Assembly: GCA_036337275.1 (NCBI GenBank)
Contig: JAYZEM010000003.1
Span: 148,756 to 212,755 of the forward strand
Source: Bacteroidota bacterium
Lineage (GTDB): Bacteria; Bacteroidota; Bacteroidia; Flavobacteriales; BACL11
DNA length: 64,000 nucleotides
Direction: 5' to 3'
The position numbers were made by a program, and so were the translations under genes. Of this stretch, positions 20,079 through 30,200 are shown piece by piece; position 1 is the first letter of the stretch, and every line of letters begins with the position of its first letter. The notes under the pieces are model-generated. The model searched no databases and was not told where the DNA came from. It worked only from the letters and a program-made list of their open reading frames with translations.

Positions 20079-22003
20079 TGCAAGTCTCCATTATAATAGT
20101 TTCTTATAATGTCAAGTATTTCTTGGAACAATGCTTGCGTTCAGTGCAAAAAGCTACACAAAATTTAGAAGCTGAAATTATAGTAGTTGATAATAACTCT
20201 GTGGATGAGTCTGCAGTAATGGTAAGAAATAAATTTCCAAATGTCAGATTAATACATAATGATAAAAATGTTGGCTTTTCAAAAGCGAACAATCAAGCAA
20301 TCACAATAGCAAAAGGAGAATTCATATTACTACTTAACCCTGACACTTTAGTAGAAGAAAATGTTTTAGAAAAAACAGTGGCTTTTATGCAGTCAACAAA
20401 AGATGCTGGAGCAGTTGGCGTGCATATGGTAGATGGAAAAGGTAAGTTTTTAGACGAAAGCAAAAGAGGGATTCCTGGATTCAGCACTTCACTTTTTAAG
20501 TTTTTAGGACTGCATAAATTACTACCAACATCCACTACTCTTAATCATTATTACTTGGGAAATCTTGATAAAAACAAACAACATGAAGTAGAAGTTTTGG
20601 TTGGTGCATTTATGCTAATCAGAAAATCTGTACTAGATAATATTGGGCTTTTGGATGAACGTTTTTTTATGTACTGGGAAGATACGGACTTTAGTATGCG
20701 TATTAGAGAAAATGGCTTTAAAAATTACTATATAGGTGATGTAAAAATTATTCATTATAAGGGAGAAAGTAACAAAAGACATACTTTGGGATTTACACTT
20801 AGTTTTAATAGATCTATGATTGCTTTTGTAAAAAAACATTTTAAAAAACATTTGCTTTTTTTACCACTTATAAAAATTGCTACACTATTAAAATCCTTAA
20901 CTGTTATTGTTAGAGATTTTTTAAAATCTTTTACCTCTCCTATTCTTGATTTTACTTTGATGTACTTTGGAATGTTGATGTTTACCAATTTCTGGGGAAC
21001 AGATTTCGCTCCTTACCCATTTACATCTAATTTTACACAAATTGTAATTCCCATCTATTTATTAATTTGGATAACCTCATTGTTTTTCTCTGGGGCTTAT
21101 GACAAACCCTTTAGAATAAATCGTGTGGCAAGAGGAGTGATTTTTGGTCTTCTTGTAATTGCTGCTTTCTCCAACTTTTTTAATGAGATTCGTTTTTCTA
21201 GGATGATTATTATTTCAGGGAGTATTATTGTTTTTATCTCTTTCATTCTACTCCGATTTATTTATCGGTTTTATGCATATAAAGACTTTGATATTGCTGA
21301 AAAAAGAGTAACAAACCTTTTACTTTTATCTGAAAAAAATGAATTTAAAAGAGCTGAATATATCATTGCAAATTCAAAACACAATACACGATTAATTGGC
21401 TATTTAAACAAAAAAGGTGAAAATGGTGCTTTAGGTTCAATTTCAGATATAAAAAATATCATAAAAAAACATAAAATTGATGAGGTTGTATTTGCAAGTG
21501 CAGATATTAGTTTTAAGGACATTATTGCTTGGCTCATATCACTTTCTGACACTTCATTAAGATTTAAAATTCTTCCAGAAAACAGTCATTTTCTTATCGG
21601 TAGTAATTCAAGAGAAACTTTAGGCGATTATTACTGTCCTGACTCAAATTGGGAGTTGGGTAGAAAAGCTAACAAAAGAAACAAAAGGGTTATTGATATT
21701 TGTGTAGCATTTGCCTTCTTAATTTGCTCTCCAATCTTGATGTGGCTGAGCAAATCTCCTACAAATTTCGTGAAAAATATCTTTAGCATTTTGAAAGGAG
21801 ATATAACTTTTATTGGGTTTAATAAAAAATATGAATCTCATTTTCCGAATATTAAAAAGGGAATTCTTACACCTATTTCAACAATAAAGAATCAGGATTT
21901 AGATGACAATGAGATCAGAAGACAAAATATGTTGTATGCTAAAAACTACAGAGCAAAAAACGATTTGTATATCATTTTCAAGTGTGTAAATCAACTTGGA
22001 TAA
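20078..22003 (+). CDS. Family-2 glycosyltransferase fused to a polytopic membrane region and a truncated polyprenyl-glycosylphosphotransferase-like C-terminus
   Basis: The N-terminus is GT2 (IIIVSYNVKYFLEQC, VVDNNSVDES, LLLNPDTLV, WEDTDFSMRI). The middle has about 5 TM helices. The C-terminus has a WbaP-like CoA-binding-type linker (HKIDEVVFAS) and a re-entrant helix KRVIDICVAFAFLICSPILMW, then jumps straight to ILKGDITFIGF. Its start overlaps the recR stop (TAATG). Confidence 0.7.
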   Translation: MQVSIIIVSYNVKYFLEQCLRSVQKATQNLEAEIIVVDNNSVDESAVMVRNKFPNVRLIHNDKNVGFSKANNQAITIAKGEFILLLNPDTLVEENVLEKTVAFMQSTKDAGAVGVHMVDGKGKFLDESKRGIPGFSTSLFKFLGLHKLLPTSTTLNHYYLGNLDKNKQHEVEVLVGAFMLIRKSVLDNIGLLDERFFMYWEDTDFSMRIRENGFKNYYIGDVKIIHYKGESNKRHTLGFTLSFNRSMIAFVKKHFKKHLLFLPLIKIATLLKSLTVIVRDFLKSFTSPILDFTLMYFGMLMFTNFWGTDFAPYPFTSNFTQIVIPIYLLIWITSLFFSGAYDKPFRINRVARGVIFGLLVIAAFSNFFNEIRFSRMIIISGSIIVFISFILLRFIYRFYAYKDFDIAEKRVTNLLLLSEKNEFKRAEYIIANSKHNTRLIGYLNKKGENGALGSISDIKNIIKKHKIDEVVFASADISFKDIIAWLISLSDTSLRFKILPENSHFLIGSNSRETLGDYYCPDSNWELGRKANKRNKRVIDICVAFAFLICSPILMWLSKSPTNFVKNIFSILKGDITFIGFNKKYESHFPNIKKGILTPISTIKNQDLDDNEIRRQNMLYAKNYRAKNDLYIIFKCVNQLG

Positions 22004-22030
22004 ATCTATTTCTGTACAATTCTTTTTTCG

Positions 22031-22038
22031 TATTTTTG
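22031..22038 (+). promoter_or_regulatory. -7 box TATTTTTG upstream of the E2 gene
   Basis: Perfect TAnnTTTG, 25 nt upstream of the ATG at 22064. Confidence 0.45.
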
Positions 22039-22063
22039 CAACTCTAAAAAATTAAAATAAAAA

Positions 22064-23383
22064 ATGGCAAGAGTAGAACTAATACTTCCAAAAATGGGAG
22101 AAAGTGTAACGGAAGCAAGCCTTATTTCTTGGAGCAAGAATATAGGAGATATGGTAGAAATGGATGAAACTATTGTTGAGATTGCTACCGATAAAGTTGA
22201 TTCAGAAGTGCCTTCAACACATGATGGAAAATTAGTTGAACAACTTTTCTCAGCAGATGATATGATACAAGTTGGTCAGGCTTTTGCTATTTTAGAAACA
22301 GAAGGTGATGAGGAAGCTTCAATTACTGCAACTCAAGCAACCGGTGCTGAACCAGAAGTTGTAAAAGAGGTAGAAGAAAGAGCAGAAAAAGTAGTTGAAA
22401 GTACAAAACCTCAGATCACAGATAGTGAAGATCGGTTTTATTCACCTCTAGTTAGAAATATAGCTTCTGAAGAAAGAATCTCTATGGAGGAATTGTCAAA
22501 AATTCCTGGTAGTGGAAAAGATGGAAGAGTGACAAAAACAGATATGTTGTCTTTCATTAAAAATAGAGAGACGGCTACTGAAGTTGCTAAACCTACAGAA
22601 CAACCAAAGCCAGTTCCTTCTCCAATAAAAACAGAAATGCCAAAACACAGTTCTACGCCTGTTGCAGGTACTGGTGATCTAGAAATTGTAGAAATGGACA
22701 GAATGAGAAAACTTATTTCTGCTCACATGACAATGTCTAAACAAACTTCCGCTCATATCACTTCTTTCGTAGAAGCGGATATGACGAATATTGTGAATTG
22801 GAGAAATAAAGTCAAGTCTGAATTCAAAAAAAGAGAGGGGCAAAACATCACTTTTACGCCTATTATTATTGAAGCTATGGCAAAAGCCGTGAAGGACTTT
22901 CCTATGATAAATGTTTCGGTAGATGGAACAAATATCCATATTCATAAAAACATTAATATTGGCATGGCAGCTGCTTTACCTGATGGTAATCTCATTGTGC
23001 CTGTGATTAAGCAATGTCAGGAAAAAAACTTAGTAGGTATTACAAAGGCTGTTAATAACTTGGCTTCTAGAGCTCGTTCTAGCCAATTATCTCCTGATGA
23101 CATTCAGGGAGGTACTATAACAATGACCAATGTTGGTACATTTGGCAATTTGATGGGAACCCCAATCATCAATCAACCTCAAGTAGCAATAATGGCTTGT
23201 GGAGTGATAAAGAAAAAACCTGTTGTAATGGAGATTGAACATGGGGATGTAATTGCTATCAGACATATGATGTTCCTTTCATTATCTTATGATCATAGAG
23301 TAGTAGATGGTGCATTAGGAGGGCAATTTGTAAGAAGAGTTGCTGATTACCTAGAGCAATTTGATGCAAATACTATTATTTAG
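22064..23383 (+). CDS. 2-oxoacid dehydrogenase E2 component (dihydrolipoamide acyltransferase)
   Basis: Lipoyl domain (VEIATDKVDSEVPS), peripheral subunit-binding domain (SPLVRNIASEERISMEELSKIPGSGKDGRVTK) and a catalytic domain with SLSYDHRVVDG. Confidence 0.85.
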   Translation: MARVELILPKMGESVTEASLISWSKNIGDMVEMDETIVEIATDKVDSEVPSTHDGKLVEQLFSADDMIQVGQAFAILETEGDEEASITATQATGAEPEVVKEVEERAEKVVESTKPQITDSEDRFYSPLVRNIASEERISMEELSKIPGSGKDGRVTKTDMLSFIKNRETATEVAKPTEQPKPVPSPIKTEMPKHSSTPVAGTGDLEIVEMDRMRKLISAHMTMSKQTSAHITSFVEADMTNIVNWRNKVKSEFKKREGQNITFTPIIIEAMAKAVKDFPMINVSVDGTNIHIHKNINIGMAAALPDGNLIVPVIKQCQEKNLVGITKAVNNLASRARSSQLSPDDIQGGTITMTNVGTFGNLMGTPIINQPQVAIMACGVIKKKPVVMEIEHGDVIAIRHMMFLSLSYDHRVVDGALGGQFVRRVADYLEQFDANTII

Positions 23384-23412
23384 AATAAATATTTAACTTT
23401 AACTTAAGAGAG

Positions 23413-23496
23413 TGCCCAGAGCGGGAGTCGAACCCGCACGCTCAAAAGAACACATGGCCCTCAACCATGCCTGTCTACCAATTCCAGCATCTGGGC
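23413..23496 (-). tRNA. tRNA-Leu (anticodon GAG)
   Basis: The RC reads GCCCAGA-TG-CTGGAATTGGTAGACAGG-CATGG-TTGAGGG-CCATG-long variable arm-GCGGGTTCGACTCCCGC-TCTGGGC-A. The cloverleaf folds by eye, the long arm is typical of Leu, and no CCA is encoded. Confidence 0.9.
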
Positions 23497-23510
23497 GAGA
23501 TGCATTATTG

Positions 23511-23536
23511 AATAAAAAATCCCGCATAAAACGGGA
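23511..23536 (-). terminator. Weak hairpin plus U-run between the two tRNAs (possible terminator or processing element)
   Basis: The minus strand reads tcccg-ttttatg-cggga followed by ttttttatt. The stem is only 5 bp, and I saw no separate promoter for the downstream tRNA-Leu, so its function is uncertain. Confidence 0.3.
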
Positions 23537-23542
23537 CCTTTG

Positions 23543-23615
23543 TGACCTGACTGGGGCTCGAACCCAGGACCCTCTCCTTAAAAGGGAGATGCTCTACCAA
23601 CTGAGCTATCAGGTC
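23543..23615 (-). tRNA. tRNA-Lys (anticodon TTT)
   Basis: The RC reads GACCTGA-TA-GCTCAGTTGGTAGAGC-A-TCTCC-CTTTTAA-GGAGA-GGGTC-CTGGGTTCGAGCCCCAG-TCAGGTC-A, a canonical 73-nt cloverleaf. Confidence 0.9.
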
Positions 23616-23629
23616 GTGTAAAACGGCTG

Positions 23630-23637
23630 CAAATATA
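23630..23637 (-). promoter_or_regulatory. -7 box (TATATTTG on the minus strand) for the tRNA-Lys/tRNA-Leu transcript
   Basis: Plus-strand caaatata is the RC of TATATTTG, ending 14 nt upstream of the mature tRNA-Lys 5' end (23615). Confidence 0.5.
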
Positions 23638-23676
23638 TTACTATTTCTCATTAAAGAAATCTTTTTTTCATAAGTT

Positions 23677-24840
23677 TTATTTATGAATTGGATACCTTTT
23701 AAATTCAGCATTTCTATCAAATAAATAACGATATGTTTTTAGCTTTTGATATTGAGTTGCACCAAGTCCTTCAATGAGTTTTAGCATCTTAGGATTAAAA
23801 TCTCCAACCCAAGTCATAATAATATTTTTATACTTTTTACTTTTGATAAAATATTTGGAAACACACTGCATAAGCACACCTTCTACTCCCTTTTTCTGAA
23901 ATTCTGGAGCAACACCAAAGACAACGCCATGCACATTTTTTGGAGGAAAAAGTTTCAACAACAAAAAGAATTTAATCTTTCCCAACATATTTAAATTGCC
24001 ATTTACATGACGAAACACTTCATTCAGTTCAGGTAAAAATATAGAAAAGGCAATAGGATCATGTTTATAATAAACAAACCAAATTATTTTTTCATCCATA
24101 ATTGGACTCATTTTATTGATAATGTTTATCGCTTGTTTTTGCTTCATAGATTTAAAATTATGAAAAGTATTTCCCCAAGCTTTATTATATACTATACGAA
24201 AATCTTCAGCATATTTTAGCTTATCTTTTTTCTTAAAATGCTCAAATGTATAATGTTTATCCTCAACTATACGTTCAGATCTTATCCTGTATTTTTCCTG
24301 CAGAGGCGCCCTTACTTGCCTAAGTGTAACATGCTGATTGTAATAGGTATGAAAACCATAATCCTCAAAAAACCTTTGATAATAAGCAGGATTGTAACTG
24401 TTAGCATAAACTGACTGATTCTCAAACCCTTCAACTAATAAGCCCCAAAATTTATCCTTTTCGCCAAAATTGATAGGTCCATCCATTGCGCTACACTCTC
24501 TTTCCTCTAGCCATTTTTTGCAAGCATCAAATAAAATAAATGCTGCATTCTTATCCTCAATACATTCAAAAAACCCCATACCACCAACAGCTAATTTTCC
24601 GCTTTTCATCTTTCGATTTACAAATGCCGCAACCCTGCCGATTACAACTTCATTTTTATCTAGCAATAACCATCTTACTGCTTCTCCATGTCTGAACATC
24701 TTATTTTTCTTTTTATCAAAAACAGCTTCAATATCTTGCTTTAGATGAGGGATCCAAACTTTATTATTTTTGTATATGGTAAAAGGAAGTTTGTGAAAAC
24801 TTTTTGCAGTCCTTTTGTTATTTACTTCAACTAATTGCAT
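23677..24840 (-). CDS. Conserved hypothetical protein, probably a double-GNAT-like acyltransferase fold
   Basis: 387 aa. The C-terminal segment VVFGVAPEFQKKGVEGVLM resembles the GNAT acyl-CoA motif (Q/RxxGxG/A). The rest could not be assigned by eye. Confidence 0.4.
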   Translation of the reverse strand: MQLVEVNNKRTAKSFHKLPFTIYKNNKVWIPHLKQDIEAVFDKKKNKMFRHGEAVRWLLLDKNEVVIGRVAAFVNRKMKSGKLAVGGMGFFECIEDKNAAFILFDACKKWLEERECSAMDGPINFGEKDKFWGLLVEGFENQSVYANSYNPAYYQRFFEDYGFHTYYNQHVTLRQVRAPLQEKYRIRSERIVEDKHYTFEHFKKKDKLKYAEDFRIVYNKAWGNTFHNFKSMKQKQAINIINKMSPIMDEKIIWFVYYKHDPIAFSIFLPELNEVFRHVNGNLNMLGKIKFFLLLKLFPPKNVHGVVFGVAPEFQKKGVEGVLMQCVSKYFIKSKKYKNIIMTWVGDFNPKMLKLIEGLGATQYQKLKTYRYLFDRNAEFKRYPIHK

Positions 24841-24879
24841 TTAAATTCCTTAATTTGTAGAGTAAAAATAATATAATTT

Positions 24880-25677
24880 ATGAAAGATAAAGTCATCATC
24901 ATTACAGGCGCCTCATCAGGAATTGGAAAAGCACTTACTTTTGCATTGGCGAAAAATGATAATAAATTGGTGCTTGCTGCTAGAAATATTGAAAAACTTA
25001 ATGCAATTATTCAAAAAATTAAGATCAAAAAAATAAATGTAATTGGCATTGAAACTGATATATGTAAGTCTGAGGATTGCAAGCAACTAATTGATAAATG
25101 TCTTGCAGAATTTGGAAGAATTGATGTATTGATTAATAATGCAGGAATATCTATGCGTGCACTTTTCAATGAAACTGACTTGGAAGTAATTAAAAGAGTG
25201 ATGGATACTAATTTTTGGGGAACTGTATTTTGCACTAAATATGCCCTTGCTAATTTACTTCAAACAAAAGGGTCATTGATTGGTATTTCCTCAATTGCAG
25301 GCCATATTGGCTTACCAGAAAGAAGCGCTTATTCTGCTTCTAAGTTTGCTATGCATGGCTTTTTGGAATCGGTGAGAAGTGAAAATTTAGAAAATGATTT
25401 GCATGTGCTGATTGCATGTCCTGGGTTTACAGCAAGTAATATCAGAAAAACTGCTCTCACAAAAGATGGAAGGCCTCAAAATGCAAGTCCAAGAAATGAA
25501 CAAAAGATGATGACATCTGAGCAAGTTGCAAAAAAAATAGTTTGTGCTATTAATTGCAGAAAAGACAGTTTAACATTAAGTGTAAATGGAAAACTGGCTG
25601 TTTGGCTTAATCGATTTTTCCCTAAAATTGCGAAAAGATTAGTCTTTAATCATTTCAAAAAAGAAAAACACTTTTAA
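24880..25677 (+). CDS. Short-chain dehydrogenase/reductase (SDR) family oxidoreductase
   Basis: TGASSGIGKA (TGxxxGxG), NNAG and the catalytic YSASK. Confidence 0.85.
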   Translation: MKDKVIIITGASSGIGKALTFALAKNDNKLVLAARNIEKLNAIIQKIKIKKINVIGIETDICKSEDCKQLIDKCLAEFGRIDVLINNAGISMRALFNETDLEVIKRVMDTNFWGTVFCTKYALANLLQTKGSLIGISSIAGHIGLPERSAYSASKFAMHGFLESVRSENLENDLHVLIACPGFTASNIRKTALTKDGRPQNASPRNEQKMMTSEQVAKKIVCAINCRKDSLTLSVNGKLAVWLNRFFPKIAKRLVFNHFKKEKHF

Positions 25678-25680
25678 ATA

Positions 25681-26178
25681 ATGAGAATCTTCTTAATTGG
25701 TTTTATGGGTTGCGGTAAAAGTACAATTGGAAAACAAATAGCAAAACAGATGCAGTTAGATTTTGTTGATTTAGATAGATATATTGCCAAGAAAACAGCT
25801 TTAAGTATCAACCAAATCTTTGATGAAAAAGGAGAAAATGCTTTTAGAAAAATGGAAAAAGAGTGTTTGGCGGAAATATGTAAAATGAAGAATCTTGTAG
25901 TTGCAACTGGAGGAGGAACGCCTTGTTTTTCTGAAAATATGCAAATCCTTTTAGAAAAAGGGAAGTCCGTTTATTTAAGGATGGAAACAGAGGATTTACT
26001 TAAAAGATTAGCAAAACAACAAAATAAAAGACCTCTTATCAAGAATAAATCTGAGAAGGAACTATTAGATTTTACTAATACAACCCTTTTTGAAAGAGAA
26101 TACTTCTACAAGCAAGCAAATTTTACTGTTAATGCTAAAAATACGAGTGCAAAAGAAATTATGAATCTAATAAACTAA
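25681..26178 (+). CDS. aroK: Shikimate kinase
   Basis: 165 aa. It has Walker A GFMGCGKST, DLD, and an ATGGG shikimate-binding segment (VVATGGGTP). Confidence 0.85.
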   Translation: MRIFLIGFMGCGKSTIGKQIAKQMQLDFVDLDRYIAKKTALSINQIFDEKGENAFRKMEKECLAEICKMKNLVVATGGGTPCFSENMQILLEKGKSVYLRMETEDLLKRLAKQQNKRPLIKNKSEKELLDFTNTTLFEREYFYKQANFTVNAKNTSAKEIMNLIN

Positions 26179-26672
26179 GAAAGGTAAACGCCTACACTTT
26201 TTTCTAATTCAACAGCAATATGTTCTTTTAAGGTGGTGGATAAAGAAAGGCCAACAAAATCTGCTTTTATTGGGTATCTATTATGATTTCTATCAACAAG
26301 AACAAGAGTAGATAATTTTTTTAACGGAACGGAAAGAAAATACTTTGAACCATATATTAGTGTTTTTCCTGAATTTAGCACATCATCAACTAATATAAGT
26401 ACCTTATTTTTATATTCTTTTTCGTTTATATCAACCTCAATATTTTTATTATAAGGCTTATCTTTATCTAATCTTATTGTAGCTAATTTTATTTTAATAG
26501 CAGAGATTTTAGCTAACTTGCCTGCAATTCTTTTAGCAATAACCATTCCTCTGTTAGCAATTCCAGCAATTATTATTTCTTTCTCCTTATAATTTTGCTC
26601 ATAAACCTGCCAGGCCAAACGATCTATTTTCTGTGCTAATTGCTCCTTATTTAATACTAACATTTTTCCCAT
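26175..26672 (-). CDS. Phosphoribosyltransferase family protein (PyrR-like)
   Basis: 165 aa with the PRPP-binding loop VLILVDDVLNSGKTL and PyrR-like length and layout. A regulatory versus catalytic role cannot be told from sequence. Confidence 0.65.
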   Translation of the reverse strand: MGKMLVLNKEQLAQKIDRLAWQVYEQNYKEKEIIIAGIANRGMVIAKRIAGKLAKISAIKIKLATIRLDKDKPYNKNIEVDINEKEYKNKVLILVDDVLNSGKTLIYGSKYFLSVPLKKLSTLVLVDRNHNRYPIKADFVGLSLSTTLKEHIAVELEKSVGVYLS

Positions 26673-26675
26673 TAA

Positions 26676-27164
26676 TTAATAATTTACATTTGAAAAAGTA
26701 CCTTCTGTCACCGACACTGATGTATTGTCATCTGAATTTCTAGCTTCAAAACTAAAAGTTCCTGAAACTTTATTTGATGTAATTTTCGAAAAAGTAATTG
26801 TACCAGTAAAATTAGGCTCGGAAGTCTGCCAAAAACCTATCCCTTTTTGAAGCTCTCCTTGACCAGAAAGACCGAGAAAAACTGGAGTGTTCTGAGTAAT
26901 AGAACTGAAATTATAAATAGTGAGCGTAATAGCATTCATTATTCTACCATTTGGTAAATTAGAAGCAGCAACAATCTCCAAGGCTCCATTTATAGCAGGA
27001 TTTGTTGTTAATATCTCTGCAGAGGGAGAAGAATCTGAAAGTTGCTCTCCATCAATCTTACATGTGAATGACTGAGTTGGAGTTGGAGAAAGAGGATTGC
27101 CCTCTTCTTCACAAGCGGAAAATAAAAATCCAGCTACTAAAAAGATGTAAAGTAAATTTTTCAT
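26676..27164 (-). CDS. Small lipoprotein of unknown function (lipocalin/DUF6252-like pattern), probably surface exposed
   Basis: I prefer the ATG at 27164: MKNLLYIFLVAGFLFSAC-EEEGN, which gives a lipobox Cys followed by an acidic run. The body has FTCKIDG... and ...VSGTFSFEARN...VTEGTFSNV. The ORF-track version starts at a GTG (27218) that abuts the upstream stop. Confidence 0.5.
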   Translation of the reverse strand: MKNLLYIFLVAGFLFSACEEEGNPLSPTPTQSFTCKIDGEQLSDSSPSAEILTTNPAINGALEIVAASNLPNGRIMNAITLTIYNFSSITQNTPVFLGLSGQGELQKGIGFWQTSEPNFTGTITFSKITSNKVSGTFSFEARNSDDNTSVSVTEGTFSNVNY

Positions 27165-27218
27165 TTTATCTATTTTATAGTTTTGTAAAATTCTAAAAAG
27201 CAATGATACAAATTTCAC

Positions 27219-30200
27219 TTATTTCTGCAATAATAAATGTCCTTTAAAAGTATGTGATACTTGCATATCATCAACAACATTTATTATATAAGAATATTGT
27301 CCACTAGGAGCTATTTTACTATCATTTATACTCCCATCCCAATATTGATTTAAATTAGTGGAATTAAAAATGACGTCTCCCCATCTATTGAATATGAAAA
27401 TCTCGTAGTTTGATATACCTTCACCAATTGGTATGAATTCATCATTTAATCTATCTCCATTTGGAGAAAAAACATCTGGAATATAAAGAGTGAATACAGG
27501 GTCAATAATAATTTGCGCAGTAGCAGTATCGCTACAAACACCATTAAATACAACCAATGAAACCTGATAAGTACCCACATCAAAATAATCATGAATAGGA
27601 CTAAAATCTGTGCTATTAGAAAAACCATCTCCAAATTCCCACATCCAACTATAAGCCAACATAGAGTTGTTGGTAAATGTAATAGTAGGATCTAGAATGG
27701 TAGTAGTTTGAGGATAAAAGTCGAAGTTTGCAAAAGGCGTGTAAAGCAATTGTACATTAGCATTTCCACTACCAACATTACTGCATCCATTATCATCTGT
27801 TACAGATACAATATCATAATCTCCATCTGTATTTGCATAAATTAAGAGTGGGTTACTCATCGTATTTATATTCGCTTGAACTGTTCCATTTATAGTATGT
27901 AAGATATCCCAGGGAGGATTTCCACTAAGTTGTACAATTATAAGCGCACTATCTTCTGAGCATATAGTTCCTCCGCTATTCGGAGTAATAGTAGCTCTTG
28001 GTAAAGGATTGACATTAACAGTAATCAAAATGCTATCAGCACAATTATTGAGATCAGCACCCACAACATTATAGGTTGTAGTTGTAAGTGGACTTGCGTT
28101 TACTGTACCTCCTGAAGTGGCGCTTAGTCCTATTGATGGGGTCCAACTAAAATTTGTCGCACCAGAAGCAGAAAGTGTAATGCTACTACCTTCACAAATT
28201 TTTGGAGAAATTGGGGAAACTGAAATAATCGGAAGCACTCCTACATCCACATGTAGATTTGCAGTATTTGTACAATTATTGACATCAGTACCATTAATAG
28301 TATAATCAATAGTAGATTGGGGGTTAGCAACCACAGTATTTCCGACTGAAGTGTTTAATCCAGTTGAAGGACTCCAAGTATAATTATTTGCTCCAAAAGC
28401 ATTAACACTTACACTGCTTCCTTCACAAATCGAAGCGATAGCCGGTTGCACACTCACATTTGGTAATGGATTTACAGTAATATTTGTAGATATAATATCT
28501 GAACAATTATTTATATCTGTTCCAGCAACAACATAAGTTGTAGATATATTTGGTGTAGCAACAACCGAAGTTCCGGATGTAGTATTTAATCCTAATGCAG
28601 GAGACCATAAATAAGTTGATGCTCCACTTGCAGTGAGTGTTACACTTTCTCCGTCACATATAGTAGTTATAGTGGGACTAATCTGTAAAGTAGGTAATGG
28701 CAAGACATTTACCATGGTGCTTGAAGTTGCAGAACATGCATTTGCATCTATACCTGTTACTAAATAAGTTGTGTTTACTGTTGGAGTTGCTGAGACTGAA
28801 CTACCTATAGAACTACTTAATGTACTAGATGGCGACCAATTGTATTGAACAGCTCCACTTGCTGTAAGTATTACTGATCCTCCTAAACAGATTGAAGTAG
28901 TAGCACTTGAAGAAACTGTAGGAGGAGGGTTTACTATCACCGGAATATTTGCAATAGAAGAACATCCTAAACTATCAATTCCTAAAACATTATATGTTGT
29001 ATTTACTACTGGAAAAATACTTACTGTATCAACAGTTGTAGAACTAATAGCAATATTAGGTGACCAAATATAAGTATTTGCTCCGCTCACATAAAGAATA
29101 GAAGTATCTCCCATACACATTGTTGGGTTAGAAGGAAAAACAGAAAGAACTGGATTAGGACTAACACTAACTGTTGTAGTTGTAGTATCTTTGCAACCAT
29201 TAGCATCTTGACCTACTACATTGTAAGTAGTACTTACTGATGGGGTTGCAGTTACTACTGCTCCTATTGTACTGTTTAGTCCAGTACTTGGAAACCAAGT
29301 GTAATTATTTGTCCCTGTTGCCATCAATGCAACAGAACTCCCTTCACAAATAGATGGATTACTTGTGACATTAATGGATGGAACAGGTAAGAGAGTCAGG
29401 GGAACAGAAATAGTATCTACACAACCAACACCATAATTTACAAAGACCTGATAATTAGTCGAATTTTGTGGAGAAAGTAAAAAGCTAGATCCAGGAGTTC
29501 CAGGAACAGAGACTGCAGAAGGAGGATCCCAAGAATAAGTCACATTAGGACCAGCAGACAAGTTAACATAAATATCTTCACCTAAACAACCTGTAGGGTT
29601 AGGTGGATTTACTGCAACTGATATGGATTGTATCAAACTTATTGAGATGGTATCTGTATTACTACATCCGTTGATATCAGTTCCTGTAACAACATAACTA
29701 ATAGCAGAAGCAGGAGTAGAAATCACACTGGACCCTATGTTTGTATTTAACCAATTGGCAGGTGACCACGAATACGAATTGGCTCCGATTGCTGATAAAT
29801 TAATACTACCACCAGGGCATATCGCTGAAGTAGTAGTATTAATACTAACAGAAACTGGAGGGGGTTCTAAAATTGTTATAACAGTACTATCTGAACAGCC
29901 ATTAAGATCTATTGCAACAACTTGATAATTACCAGCAGAAAGAAAAACAGCTGAAGGATTGTTTTGAATTGGAACTGAATTCCAACTATATGAGAATGGA
30001 GGGGTTCCGCCACTTAAAACACTTACACCGGCACTTCCATCTGCAACGCCATAGCAGGAAGTAGAAGTAGTACTTGTACTTAGTGAGATTGGATTTGGCT
30101 CATCAATAAGTACAGTGTCAGAGATTATACAATTGTTAAAATCAGCTATTTGATAAATATAACTTCCAACAGATAACCCTGTCAACGAATCGATATTATT

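Noticed and set aside
23412-23720. Two ORFs (69 and 71 aa) in the tRNA region
   Set aside because: They overlap the tRNA-Leu and tRNA-Lys genes, whose cloverleaves fold cleanly. The ORFs are translation artefacts of structured RNA genes.
23384-24879. The tRNA-Lys/tRNA-Leu locus as an integration site for a genomic island
   Set aside because: There is no integrase, excisionase or phage/plasmid gene on either side. I noticed no duplicated tRNA 3' segment by eye, and the flanking genes (E2, GNAT-like, SDR, aroK) look like core genes with the same base composition.
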